Assembly: GCF_001194135.2 (NCBI RefSeq)
Contig: NC_068983.1
Span: 23,294,182 to 23,358,181 of the forward strand
Source of the DNA: Octopus bimaculoides
Taxonomy: Eukaryota
Reading direction: 5' to 3'
DNA: 64,000 bases
Shown here piece by piece: positions 25,465 to 37,592 of this stretch (within the stretch, counting starts at the first letter, position 1; every line of letters begins with the position of its first letter). The notes under the pieces are model-generated. The model did not search any database. It saw nothing but the letters and a program-made list of their open reading frames with translations, and had not been told where the DNA came from. A program made the translations under genes and the position numbers.

Positions 25465-25584
25465 AGCTCTTTCTCGATTCGGTGGGTGGTGGTGCATGGC
25501 TGTTCTTAATTGGTGGAGTGATCCGTCTGGTTGATTCCGATAACGAACGAGACTCCAGCCTGCCAATCACGTCGAGGTCACCAG
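25465..25584 (+). pseudogene. 120-bp insertion of an 18S rRNA fragment with 15-bp target-site duplication
   Basis: agctctttctcgattcggtgggtggtggtgcatggc...ttccgataacgaacgagactc is the conserved eukaryotic SSU rRNA core; ttataagaattggat occurs at 25450-25464 and 25585-25599. Confidence 0.9.
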
Positions 25585-25843
25585 TTATAAGAATTGGATG
25601 AGATATGATGGCTCGGCCATCTCTCCCCAGTTCTTATATTAATCATTAAAATCCAGAAATACAACAACACGAGGGATAACGGTAACAACAGATCAATAAT
25701 TTATTCTAGGTTGGTGTAGAGCCGTTTTGTTCCTGGGTGAACAGGCATGCTGCTAGAATACCAAGGAAGCTTCGACCACATGTCGGTATCGAGTTGAGAG
25801 AGCACTGGAAGATACGTGTTGTCACGACCGCTGCTAGATAGAG

Positions 25844-26405
25844 NNNNNNNNNNNNNNNNNNNNNNNNNNNNNNNNNNNNNNNNNNNNNNNNNNNNNNNNN
25901 NNNNNNNNNNNNNNNNNNNNNNNNNNNNNNNNNNNNNNNNNNNNNNNNNNNNNNNNNNNNNNNNNNNNNNNNNNNNNNNNNNNNNNNNNNNNNNNNNNNN
26001 NNNNNNNNNNNNNNNNNNNNNNNNNNNNNNNNNNNNNNNNNNNNNNNNNNNNNNNNNNNNNNNNNNNNNNNNNNNNNNNNNNNNNNNNNNNNNNNNNNNN
26101 NNNNNNNNNNNNNNNNNNNNNNNNNNNNNNNNNNNNNNNNNNNNNNNNNNNNNNNNNNNNNNNNNNNNNNNNNNNNNNNNNNNNNNNNNNNNNNNNNNNN
26201 NNNNNNNNNNNNNNNNNNNNNNNNNNNNNNNNNNNNNNNNNNNNNNNNNNNNNNNNNNNNNNNNNNNNNNNNNNNNNNNNNNNNNNNNNNNNNNNNNNNN
26301 NNNNNNNNNNNNNNNNNNNNNNNNNNNNNNNNNNNNNNNNNNNNNNNNNNNNNNNNNNNNNNNNNNNNNNNNNNNNNNNNNNNNNNNNNNNNNNNNNNNN
26401 NNNNN
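25844..26405. other. Assembly gap (N run); other gaps at 1301-1310, 3955-3964, 32076-32129, 33855-34126
   Basis: Directly visible. Confidence 1.
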
Positions 26406-26790
26406 CAATCATTTTGACTGTGGCCATGCTGGAGCACCGCCTTTAGTCAAGAAAATCGACCCCAGGACTTATTCTTTGTAAGCCTAGTACTTATTCTATC
26501 AGTCTCTTTTTGCCAAACCACTAAGTTATGGGGACATAAACACACCAACATCAGTTGTCAAGCAATGGTGGGGGGACAAACACAGACACACAAACACACA
26601 TACATACACATATATATATATATATATATACGTATATACGATGGGCTTCTTTCAGTTTCCGTCTACCAAATCCACTCACAAGGCTTTGGTCGGCCCGAGG
26701 CTATAGTAGAAGACACTAGCCCAAGGTGCCACGCAGTGGGACTGAACCCGGAACCATGTGGTTGGTAAGCAAGCTACTTACCACACAGCC
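26406..26790 (-). mobile_element. SINE family A copy
   Basis: Reverse complement of the family consensus. Confidence 0.85.
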
Positions 26791-28046
26791 GCATCTGTGT
26801 ATATCTTTGAATTTGTGTTTGTCTCTCAACACTACAGGACAATGAGTGTTGGTTTGTTTACATCCTGTAACTTAGCAGTCCAGGAAAAGAGACCAACAGA
26901 ATAAATACTAGACTTAAACTAAGTGTTGGGGTTCATTTAGTTTGACTGAATCCTTCAAAGTGGTACCCTAGCAAGGATAAAAGATATTTCACATCACATA
27001 AGAAAATTGTTAAATAAAATGTCTTTTATTGTTCTTTTATTTTAAGTAATTTTACTTTATAACAATATATAGTAAATATTTTTTACCGTTTCACAACCAA
27101 ATTACCATGATAATATGGTTTTAATGCGCATTGAATCCAACTACACATTTTCTGGTATACATTAATAAGTGTAGTCTGAATACTGAAAGCGTAAGATGTA
27201 TTTGATAAAATACAACTTTGAAGTTTAACATTCACCTTACCATGTTTCAATGCTAGCAGTGCACCCCTAGTGATTTCACATATTGCATTGCAACTTAAGT
27301 TAAGCTACTTTCTCTAACTGTCTCAGAAAATTTTTTCATCTGTGTGGGAATTTAACTAATGTCTTTTGCAGAGATGGTTTTGTCAAAGATTTGAGAAAAA
27401 GGCATCAGTATCCCTGTGACCTATTTAAACTTTGGAGAAAATTGAAGTAAAACTGAGAAAGGGGTTCAGAAAGTTAGGAGTTTTTTTTGCTCTGTGACCA
27501 TAAATCTACTGAATTACACTGCCTATATGTTTTTATTAATTATGAAGAAAGATAAAACATCAAGGATTTTAAAGGATTTATAAGATAACTTAGATACATT
27601 GTTAAGTTGATGTTTATAGTATGACTAGACAAAAGTGCTTACATAAAACTATGATGGAAGATTTTAATTAAAATATAAGCATTTTTAAAACAAGTAGATC
27701 TGTAATGCAAAACCAGAGGTGGTTCCATTTGAATTGGTACCAAAAGAATTGAATATCATTAATTTTGAAACACATTTTATAATTTGAATTTTGCTTATTT
27801 ACTTAAATTTCTTATGTTATTTCATTAGCAAATAAGATGGCAAGCTGGCTTAATCATTAGCATGCCTGAGAAAATGCTTAGTAGCATTTCGTCTGTCTTC
27901 GTGTTCTGAGTTCAAATGCCACTGGGGCAGACTTTGCCTTTCATCCTCCTGGGTCGATAAAATAAGTACCAGTTGTAGACTGGAGTTGATTTAATCGACA
28001 TAACTCCACTCCAAAACTACTGGCTTTGTGCCAAAATTTGAAAACA

Positions 28047-28796
28047 TTGAGGGGACCTGTGAAAGAGGTAGATCCAGGAAGACCTTGGATAAGGTGGTGA
28101 AGCACAACCTTCGGACATTAGGCCTCACCGAGGCAATGATTAGTGACTGAGACCTTTGGAAATATGCTGTGCTTGAGAAGACCTGGCGAGCCAAGTGAGA
28201 CCATAACCTGTGGCCTATGCCAGGGGTGTAACCAGCCCACTTATGCGTACCTTTCCTTCATTGGACACTAAACTCTGCTTGTGAAGACCTGTTGAGACAA
28301 GTGAAATCAGAATTGAAATTAAATTCGATGACTGGCATCCGTGCTAGTGGAGTGCTAAGAGCACCATTTGAGTGTGATCATTGCCAGGGCCGCTGACTGG
28401 CTCCCATGCCGGTGGTACGTAAAAAGCACCCTCCGAAAGTGATCGTTACCAGTGTCACCTTACTGGCACCAGTGCTGGTGGCACGCGAAAAAATATTCAA
28501 GCGAGGTCGTTGTCAGTGCTGCTGGACTGGCTCCTGTGCAAGTGATACGTAAAAATTACCATTTCAGCATGGCCGTTGCCAGTACCGCCTGACTGGCCCT
28601 CGTGCCAGTGGCACATAAAAAGCACCCACTACACTCTCAGAGTGGTTGGCGTTAGGAAGGGCATCCAGCTGTAGAAACTCTACCAGATCACATTGGAGCT
28701 TGGTGCAGCCATCTGGTTCGCCAGTCCTCAGTCAAATCGTCCAACCCATGCCAGCATGGAAAGTGGACGTTAAACGATGATGATGATGATGATGAT
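28047..28796 (+). mobile_element. RTE-clade LINE 3' end (RT tail, tandemly repetitive 3' UTR, (GAT)n)
   Basis: Remnant EGTCERGRSRKT..KVVKH.LRTLG; repeated gtgccggtggcacgtaaaaagcacc-like units; (GAT)n tail. Confidence 0.85.
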
Positions 28797-29094
28797 AAGT
28801 TTATATACTTATATATATGTAGATGTGTGGATGTCTCCTTATCTTGTCATTGAATGAAAATTGTAAATGAATGTCATTGTCAGACAAGCAGAACAATTCA
28901 TGTCCAATATTTCGTGAAAACATTTATGGTATTGGAGAAATATTATCTTGCTTAGAAACAGGTGAGGGCTGGCAACAGGAAGGGCATCCAGCTGTAGGAA
29001 AATCTGCTTCATGTTTAACCCATGCAAGCATGGAAAAATGGGCATTAAGACAATAATAATTATCAAAAATTAAATTTGTCAGAATGATGTAGAC

Positions 29095-29137
29095 GCCTCT
29101 GATGAGAACCCAATAAGGTTCAAAAATTAATTAAGGT
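29095..29137 (+). ncRNA. Degenerate minimal type I hammerhead ribozyme motif (Penelope-type)
   Basis: gcct-CTGATGA-gaacc(caataa)ggttc-AAAA-attaatt-A-aggt; expected GAAA is AAAA, consistent with CpG decay. Confidence 0.6.
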
Positions 29138-29141
29138 TGTT

Positions 29142-29313
29142 AGGCGCAGGAGTGGCTGTGTGGTAAGTAACTTGCTTACCAACCACATGGTTCCAGGTTC
29201 AGTTCCACTGCGTGGCACCCTGGGCAAGTGTCTTCTACTATAGCCTTGGGCCGACCAAAACCTTGTGAGTGGATTTGGTAAACGGAAACTGAAAGAACCC
29301 CGTCGTATATATG

Positions 29314-29352
<39 letters not shown>

Positions 29353-29553
29353 TTGTGTGTTGGTGTTTGTTCCCCCAACATCGCTTGACAACCAATGCTG
29401 GTGTATTTATGTCCCTGTAACTTAGCCGTTCGGCAAAAGAGACCAATAGAATAAGTACTAGGCTTACAAAGAATAAGTCCTGGGGTCGATTTGCTAGACT
29501 AAAGGCGGTGCTCCAGCATGGCCACAGTCAAATGACTGAGACAAGTAAAAGAG
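29142..29553 (+). mobile_element. SINE family A, full-length copy, ending about 20 bp from the exon 3 donor
   Basis: Family head and tail present. Confidence 0.85.
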
Positions 29554-29574
29554 TACTGAAATTGCAAAACTTAC

Positions 29575-29750
29575 CTGCAAGATATTAATTGCTTTCATGT
29601 CAGCAGCTATATGAAGTGGTGCCATATGACAATTGTTTAAGATTGTTGTATCAGCACTGTGACAAAGCAAGAAATCAACACCGAGATTTTGTCTCATCTT
29701 CACTGCAATGTGAAGTGCTGTATCGCCATTATTTTCTTGTTTATTGATAT
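29575..29750 (-). CDS. TRPA1: TRPA1-like exon 3 (DINKQENNGDTALHIAVKMRQNLGVDFLLCHSADTTILNNCHMAPLHIAADMKAINILQ)
   Basis: ctttatacag acceptor, GTAAGT donor, 176 nt, phase 1/0; aligns to human GNTPLH...NMMAPLHIAV. Confidence 0.95.
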
Positions 29751-30758
29751 CTGTATAAAGAGAAGATAGTCTTGCAATCATAAGTGTTGTTGTGTTGATA
29801 ATAATAAAGATTGTTGTAATAACAAATATGAATTTACCTATAAAATAAAATATAAATTTGACAGACTTATAAACTTTGACAGACATATAAATTTAAACTA
29901 ATACAAATAAAAACTGAATATAAAATAGATTGTTTAATCTTATTGTTTTAATTAAATAGTTAATAATATTTATTTGTGTATAGTGTTGTTATAGTTTAGT
30001 TAAATTGATTATGTGTATTTCTTTAGAATATTAGGTAATAATAGTTGAACATGCAGTAATAATAGTTAAAGTGCAGATGAAATATATAGTGTGTGTTTAA
30101 TTGGCGACCCCCCACCCCAAAATGACCATCCCCAAGTATAGAAATATAAATTCTCTTTCAAAAACACATATTAGTAATTAATCCAGTACAATATTGTATA
30201 TAATCTCTAGATACTGGATAAGTTAGTAAATCAGTAATTAGAGGAGATTTGTAAAGGTTTTCTTTACATAATAGGTGCAGACGTGGCTGTGTGATAAGAA
30301 GTTTGCTTTCCAATCCTATGGTTCCAGATTCAGTCCCACAGTACATTGATTTTACCCAGGAGAAACAATGGTGCTAAGATGGCCCTATGTCACTGTGTTA
30401 GCCAATAGACTGCATGTATTATGAGTGATACTCCATTGGTTCAATGAGCGTTCTGTTATTTTGTCAAATGAACATCCAACTCTTTAGATTAACAAGTAGG
30501 TGGTTGTAGTATTCTACAGACATGTTTACCTTTAACATAATTCTCAAGCCAAATCAGTATGACAACAATATGTGACAAAATTGAACCTTCATATTACATG
30601 TACAACCCTTCTGATGAGTTTCCAAGGCTATGGTAAAGACATTTGACCAAAATATTATGCAGTGGGATTGAACACACACACACATGTAGACAGCAGAAGT
30701 CATCAATATCAGTAAAATAGCAACTATTTTACAGCTGTTGTTCATATTAGATACTTAC

Positions 30759-30915
30759 CACCACCATGTCCAAGGATATATGCCATTATGGAGACATGAG
30801 AATGTGCTGCAGCCAAGTGGAGAGCAGTCTGGCCGACTGAATCATGAGCATCTAAAATATTCGGCTGACACAGGTAAAGTCTATCAAATTCTTGACTATT
30901 ACCATTCTGGGCTGC
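30759..30915 (-). CDS. TRPA1: TRPA1-like exon 2 (AAQNGNSQEFDRLYLCQPNILDAHDSVGQTALHLAAAHSHVSIMAYILGHGG)
   Basis: ttaatatag acceptor, GTAAGT donor, 157 nt, phase 0/1; aligns to insect AAESGNLDDFKRLF...GRTAAHQAAA. Confidence 0.93.
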
Positions 30916-31780
30916 CTATATTAAACAGAAATAGTAAGTGTTTAAACGTTATTGGATTTATATGGATGTGAAATGACTTGATAGATAAGGTTTGTTTTTG
31001 AAGTGGATAGAAAAATACATCTTAGGACTGTAATTGAAGATATGTAAGACACTCTTTTTCCTGAAAAATGTCTCAAAAACTCACCTTGCAGCCTATATGT
31101 GAAGTTGGGCCTCCAATAAGCTTTATTGCATTAAAATTGTTTTTCTTGAATATGTGCTGCTGAAATTGGGTGCATCTAGTATGCCCATGTGTCTTTTATG
31201 CTATCACTTACGGTAGTTACTCAGGCACTTGAGTTTCATATGTAACATTTCACACGTTTACCTTTACTATTCCTGAAGCTATACAAATAGCATAAGATAC
31301 TTTCATGTAAATTCTACCTGAAGAAGCTCTATTTTTAATATAACTTTGATAGGTCAAGCAGGGAAGTGCTCATGAGCTTTTTCAGGACTGGTGTCAGGAA
31401 GGGAGGATATTGTTTTTAGACCAAACATGCTCTGACGGTTAACAACAGTATAGATTCTGCTGAAGGTCTCCAAATTCTATTTGGCAGTGTTAAACTGGCT
31501 GACACAAAGAACAGTATTCAATAACAGAAATGGTCTCTTCAACAAAGTTCCACAGTGCTTCTTTCATTTGCTAATTTAACCCCTATTTTTCTTGATGCTA
31601 GATGTTTTATTTGTTGCCAAAAAAAAAAAAAAAAAAAAAAAAAAAGCACGACCAGCTGGCTGAAGATGCCTGTCAAGCTCTCGCAAATATATATATTTCT
31701 AGTGAAAACACATTCACTGATTACAAAAATTAGAAATGATCTAATTATAAATCTCACAGAGAGACTTAAACAGCAGTGTT

Positions 31781-32020
31781 ACGATAAAGCAGTTGTATAA
31801 TGTCAACTTAATGTGACAGTCCCAATAAGGAAATCATACTGCTGCTATTTAGCCCTAGGAAGCTGGACCGCTTCCTGTCAGCCATGACACATTTCCTGTG
31901 TCCTTATGTTTGTGAGGGGGAGACAAGCACCTCCACCCAGCCTAGCCTGCATTCAAGGACATGTTTCTGAGTCTTTGCTCGTCATCAGCCTGAAGTAGCA
32001 TGACCAGCTGGCTATATATG

Positions 32021-32068
<48 letters not shown>

Positions 32069-32130
32069 TGTATATNNNNNNNNNNNNNNNNNNNNNNNNN
32101 NNNNNNNNNNNNNNNNNNNNNNNNNNNNNC

Positions 32131-32161
<31 letters not shown>

Positions 32162-32279
32162 AGTGATGCGATAAAGTAGTTGTATGCTATCCACTTAATG
32201 TGACAATGTGTCAAGGCTGACAGGAAGCGGTGCTGCTTCCTAGGGCTAAATAGCAGTAGTATTATTCCCTTCATGGGAC
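31781..32279. mobile_element. Probable non-autonomous Penelope-like element (two related segments, one partly inverted, carrying a hammerhead)
   Basis: 31781-31818 resembles 32158-32205 (direct); 31819-31892 resembles the reverse complement of 32206-32279; hammerhead lies between them. Confidence 0.5.
31948..32000 (-). ncRNA. Minimal type I hammerhead ribozyme, sense to the TRPA1 pre-mRNA
   Basis: Minus strand: ttcagg-CTGATGA-cgag(caaaga)ctca-GAAA-c(at)g-TC-cttgaa; stem I 6 bp, stem II 3 bp plus a C.A mismatch, palindromic stem III ACATGT, GUC site at 31960-31958. Confidence 0.75.
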
Positions 32280-33854
32280 TGACACCTTTTCTACAGATCA
32301 AGCAGGGCCTCCTACCTGATGGGGTGTGTGATGTGTTCGCCTTCCTACTTACAAGAACTTTGGTCTTTGCAAAATTGACTCTAAGGCCCTTCGATTCTAA
32401 ACCTTGCTTCCACACTTGAAATTTCTTCTCTAGTTCTGGTAGTGATTCTGCTATGAAAGCCAGGTCATCAGCATAGAGGAGCTCCCAGGGGCAACCTGTC
32501 TTGAATTCCTCTGTTATTGCCTGGAGGACTATGATGAATAAGAGGGGGCTGAGGGCTGATACTTGGCGGACCCCTACTTCTACCTGGAATTCTTCACTAT
32601 AATCATTGCAAGCCCTAACTTTACTAATAGAATCTCTGTATAGGGTCTGCACAGTCCTTATGAACCATTTGTCAATCCCCAGTTTCCACATCACCCACCA
32701 GATGAGGGATCAGGGGACCTTGTCAAAGGCTTTCTCCAAGTCCACAAAAGCCAAGTATAGGGGTTTATCTTTGGCTAGTTATTTCTCCTGCAGTTGCTGC
32801 ACCAGGAATATAGCATTAGTGGTGCTTCTACCTGGCACAAAACCAAACTGCATCTCATCTAAGCAGACTCTTTCCCTAATTAGTTGGGCTATGACCCTCT
32901 TTGTGACCTTCATCTCCTGATCCAGCAGTTTGATACCCCTGTAGTTATTTCTATCTAAAGCATCACCTTTACCTTCGTAGCAGTTGATTATGGGACTGCT
33001 ATGCCAATCATTGGATATGACTCCACCTTGAACTACCTGGTTTACAATACGGGTGACTAGGCCATGGCGCATACCACCAGATGTTTTAAGCATTTCAGCA
33101 GTGATTCCTGATTGGCTGGAGGCATTTTCTGGCTTCATACCCATTATTGCTTTATCTACCAGGGTGCTGTCTATTTGGATAGCTGATCCCTCTACTGGAT
33201 CAACATTTGGCAAGCTCTCCTCTTCCCATTCATTCTCCACATTCAGCAGTCTTTCATAATGGCTTCTCCAAGCCTCTTTCTTTTCCGAATCATTAAAAGC
33301 AAGTGCACCATCATCCATGCACACACATTTCTCTCCTGTGACATCACAATTTTCTCTCACACACTGTCTTGCAATCCGAAATACTTCAGTTCTTTGGTCT
33401 TCACATCACTTGACATTGGCAAACTTCTTTTCTGCTTTGCCCTTGGCTATGTATACCTGTCGCCCAGCCTCCCTTTTGGCTATCTGGTACGGTTCCTTGC
33501 TACCCCCCACCCTTCCAGGCCTGTTTCTTTACTCTGATGGCTTTCTCTACCGTATTATTCCACCACCACATTACTCTAGGTCTGGAAGGGACTTTGCACC
33601 ATCCGCAGACTTGGTCTGTGGCATTCAGTAAGCTGTCCCGTATGAATTTCCAGCTACCTTCTATGTCTGATGTCTGTAGCTCCTCCTCCCTCTCATCAAA
33701 TTTCTTGATGAAGATGTCCCTAAATCTCTGACCATGTGAAGGGTTCTTTAGCTTCCAAATCCTTCACTTCTGTGTTGGTCTGCTTCTTGGCATCCTTCTG
33801 GTGTCTAATGACTAGTCTATGCTCAGGGGTGCATTCCTCACCTGGGAGGGTCTT
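32280..33854 (-). mobile_element. RTE-clade LINE, APE end through reverse transcriptase (decayed)
   Basis: ORFs with LPGEECTPEHRLV, NYRGIKLL, QFGFVPGRST, GVRQ.SALSPLLF and WELLYADDL; in-frame stop near 32779. Confidence 0.92.
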
Positions 33855-34248
33855 NNNNNNNNNNNNNNNNNNNNNNNNNNNNNNNNNNNNNNNNNNNNNN
33901 NNNNNNNNNNNNNNNNNNNNNNNNNNNNNNNNNNNNNNNNNNNNNNNNNNNNNNNNNNNNNNNNNNNNNNNNNNNNNNNNNNNNNNNNNNNNNNNNNNNN
34001 NNNNNNNNNNNNNNNNNNNNNNNNNNNNNNNNNNNNNNNNNNNNNNNNNNNNNNNNNNNNNNNNNNNNNNNNNNNNNNNNNNNNNNNNNNNNNNNNNNNN
34101 NNNNNNNNNNNNNNNNNNNNNNNNNTGCTTCAAATAACGGTCATGGATTGGTCGTTTCAATTAACGGTCATAGATGCGTAATGCACAGACCAAATAAATT
34201 TAATACAGATTCATCCTATTAAAAAAATATTGAAGAAAACCTTACTCC

Positions 34249-34290
<42 letters not shown>

Positions 34291-34582
34291 CATGTATGTA
34301 TGCATTTAAGTATGTATATGTGAGGGTCCATGGCCTACTGGTGTTGCACTCACGATCACTAGATCATGATTTCAATCCCTATACTGGGTAGTGCATTGAG
34401 TTCTTGAGCAAAACACTTCCTACCATGTTGCTCTGCTATCTCTTTGACACAGGGCGCCTGTTCAATGTTGATTTGCTGAGTGAAAGTGAGCTAATGTATG
34501 GCATGAACATTTGATCACTATAAACGAATCATTTGTGAAGGTTATTCAAGAAAAGTTGAATACTCACGTCATCTTCAATCCA

Positions 34583-34655
<73 letters not shown>

Positions 34656-34827
34656 ACCATAGTACAATAGGCATGGTTATGTGGTTAAGAAACTTATTTT
34701 GCAACCACATTGTTTCAGGCTCAGTCCCATTTCACAGTATCTTGGGTAGTTGTCTTCTACTATAAGCCTCAACATGAACAATACCTTGTGAGTGAATTTA
34801 ATAGATGGAAACTCTGTGGAAGCCCTT

Positions 34828-35875
34828 CATCATCATCATCATCGTTTAACATCTGCTTTCCATGCTAGCATGGGTTGGACGGTTTGACTGAGGACTGGTA
34901 AGCCAGAGGCTGCACCAGGCTCAATCTGATCTGGCAATGTTTCTACAGTTGGAGGCTCTTCCTAACGCCAACCACTCCGAGAGTGTAGTGGGTGCTTTTT
35001 ACGTGCCACCGGCACAAGGGCTAATCAAGCGGTTCTGGCAACAGCCATGCTCAAAAGGTGTTCTTACATGCTACCTGTACAGGAGCCAGTGCGGTGGCAC
35101 TGGCAACGACCACGCTGTTTTATACATGCCACCAGCATGTATGCCGGTAAAGCGACACTGGCAACGATCACGCTCAAATGGTACTTTTCAGATGTCACCG
35201 GAATGGGAGCCAATCCATGGCCCTGGCAACGATCATGCTCGGATGTGCTTTTAACGTTCCACTGGCACAAGTGCCAATCAGGTAGTACTGTCATCAGCCA
35301 CATCAACAATTTTGGTTTGTTTACACTTGCCTCACTAGGTCTTCGCAAGCAAAGTTCATTGTCCAATGAATGAGGGGTACTCATAAGTGGGTTGGTTACA
35401 CCCACGTTCGGATGTGCTTCTAATGTTCTACTGGCACGAGTGCCAATCAGGTGGTACTGTCGTCGGCCACGTCAGCAATTTTGATTTTGATTTCACGTGC
35501 CTCAATAGGTCTTCACAAGCAAGGTTTATTGTCCAATGATTGAGGGGTATTCATAAATGGGCTGGTTACACCCACTGGCATAGGCCATGGGCTATGGTCT
35601 CACTTGGCTTGTTGGGTCTTCTCAAGCACAGCATATCTCCAAAGGTCCCGGTCACTAGTCATTGCCTCGGAAAAGCCCAATGTTCGAAGGTCGTGCTTCA
35701 CCACCTCATCCCAGGTTTTCCTGGGTCTGCCTCTTTCACAGGTTCCCTCAACTGCTAGGGTGTGACACTTTTTCACACAACTATCCTCATTCATTCTCAC
35801 CACATGACCATACCAGTGCAGTCATCTCTCTTGCACACCACATCTGATGCTTCTCAAATCCAACTTTTTCTCTCA
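34828..35875 (-). mobile_element. RTE-clade LINE 3' end (separate copy)
   Basis: MVRMNEDSCVKKC...GTCERGRPRKTWDEVVKHDL...DRDLWR; long 3' UTR; (GAT)n tail at 34828. Confidence 0.88.
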
Positions 35876-37013
35876 GGGCACTTCATATATGTATATGTGT
35901 GTGTGTGTGTGTGCCTTTGTGTTTGTCTCTCCAACACTTGACAAGCAGTATTAATTTGTCTATGTCCACATAACTTAGCAGGTCACCAAAAAGAGACCAA
36001 CAAATTAAGTACCAGGCTTAAAAAATAGGTACAGGAGTTGATTTGTTCAATTAAACCCTTCAAGTAGGTGCCCCAGCATGGCTGCAATCCAATGACTGAA
36101 ACAGATAAAAGATAAAGAAGAGACCTAAATATAGAAATACAAGATAAAACTGCAACTTAGTGTTTTTTTCCCTTTGTAATTTACTTTGTACCTTCTCATT
36201 GTTCAGGCCTCACACAACAAATCTCTTTTATATATCCATATTAATATATACATTAAATGCTTGAAATGTAAAAGATTTTTCCATTCTTCCAGAGCGTTAA
36301 ACTAATACACCTGCTTGTAGTTCCTGCACCTGTCTTCATCTTCTGCTTTCTGTAAATTTGGACTCTATATATGTATCTTTATCATAGTTTTTATGGTGGG
36401 TTTTGGAGCAACAGTTCTGATTTTAGCAAGTGGTATTATATACCCTACCTAATCATATATATAGTTGAGTTATTTAAAAGAAAGCTGGTCTTCTTCTGTT
36501 GGTTGTTTTTCCTCGCATTCGGTACTAAATGTGTTTATTTTGGGAAGTCCAGTGTGTGGCATTATTCTGTAGTAATGCCCCTTATATAAATATAAACGAA
36601 TAATTATATTCTTGGGAATAGAAATTTCTCTTATGAATTTTTTTACACACTGGCTTCTTGATAAAATTCTTGTAAAAGATTTTTATCCCTTCTTGAATTT
36701 ATTAATCATATATATATATATATGCGAGTAAAAATAAATACAAAAAAGGTGGGTTTTTTGTATGATTGTGTATAGAGGAATATATTATTTTGTTTAAAAG
36801 AGTTCCAACACTGTCTGTTTTTTATGTTTTATTTATATTCCTGCAGAACCAATGTGGGGTATAGAATATGGAATATACAATATATAATATAATATACAAT
36901 ATATAATATAAAATAAAATTAAATTAAAATGGGTGGCACCATGAAAGAAAGTATTGAATGTAGATGAAATATTGAGTGTTCAATATAAAGGATCAAATAT
37001 ATAAATATATAAA

Positions 37014-37054
37014 GGCGACTCGAGTTTCAGGGCTATTTCCCTTCGTCATGGCCG
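37014..37054 (-). ncRNA. Degenerate hammerhead motif (Penelope-type)
   Basis: Minus strand: ggc-C(a)TGACGA-aggg(aaatag)ccct-GAAA-c(tcga)g-TC-gcc; one extra A in the core. Confidence 0.55.
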
Positions 37055-37592
37055 GTATGACAGACTTTAACAGATGGATTCTCCTGTTAATGATGACATG
37101 TGAGCATTCAGCTTCTGCTTAATGATCTACACAAATGATTTGTTTATAGTGATCTAATGTTTGTGCTGCATATTGTCTGAACAGGTGCATGGGGTGTACC
37201 CTGTGTTGGGTATTGAAGTGATAGCAGAGCAACACAAGAACACAAGATGCTCAAGAACACAACACATCACTAAGTCTTGGAACTGAACTTACAATCACTA
37301 GGTCATAAGTGAAACACCCTAACCACTGAGCCATGTGCCCTCACAAACAAAAACAAAACAATCTAATATTTAAAAAAATGAGTGGAATCAAACCAGTGTG
37401 TGCGTGTTAATTATATTGGCATAATGACTATCCCTAGACACAACAAAACACTCACACACACATATTTATCCAACATACACATTATTATAATGAATAATTT
37501 GATTGTTTATAATTTCTTGAACAAGGGTAATCAGCCATCAATAAGTGGTCAAACTTATAGACTATGAGGTATAAGGAATTGTATATTGTCAT

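Noticed and set aside
25701-26481. Long ORFs of 197-243 aa in the ORF track
   Set aside because: Almost entirely N-gap. The GC-richer 150 bp next to the gap (25694-25843) could be a repeat end but could not be identified.
28330-28630. Regularly spaced repeats in the RTE 3' UTR resembling a CRISPR array
   Set aside because: Units are degenerate, intervening sequences are related to one another, the block recurs in every LINE copy, and the context is eukaryotic with no cas genes.
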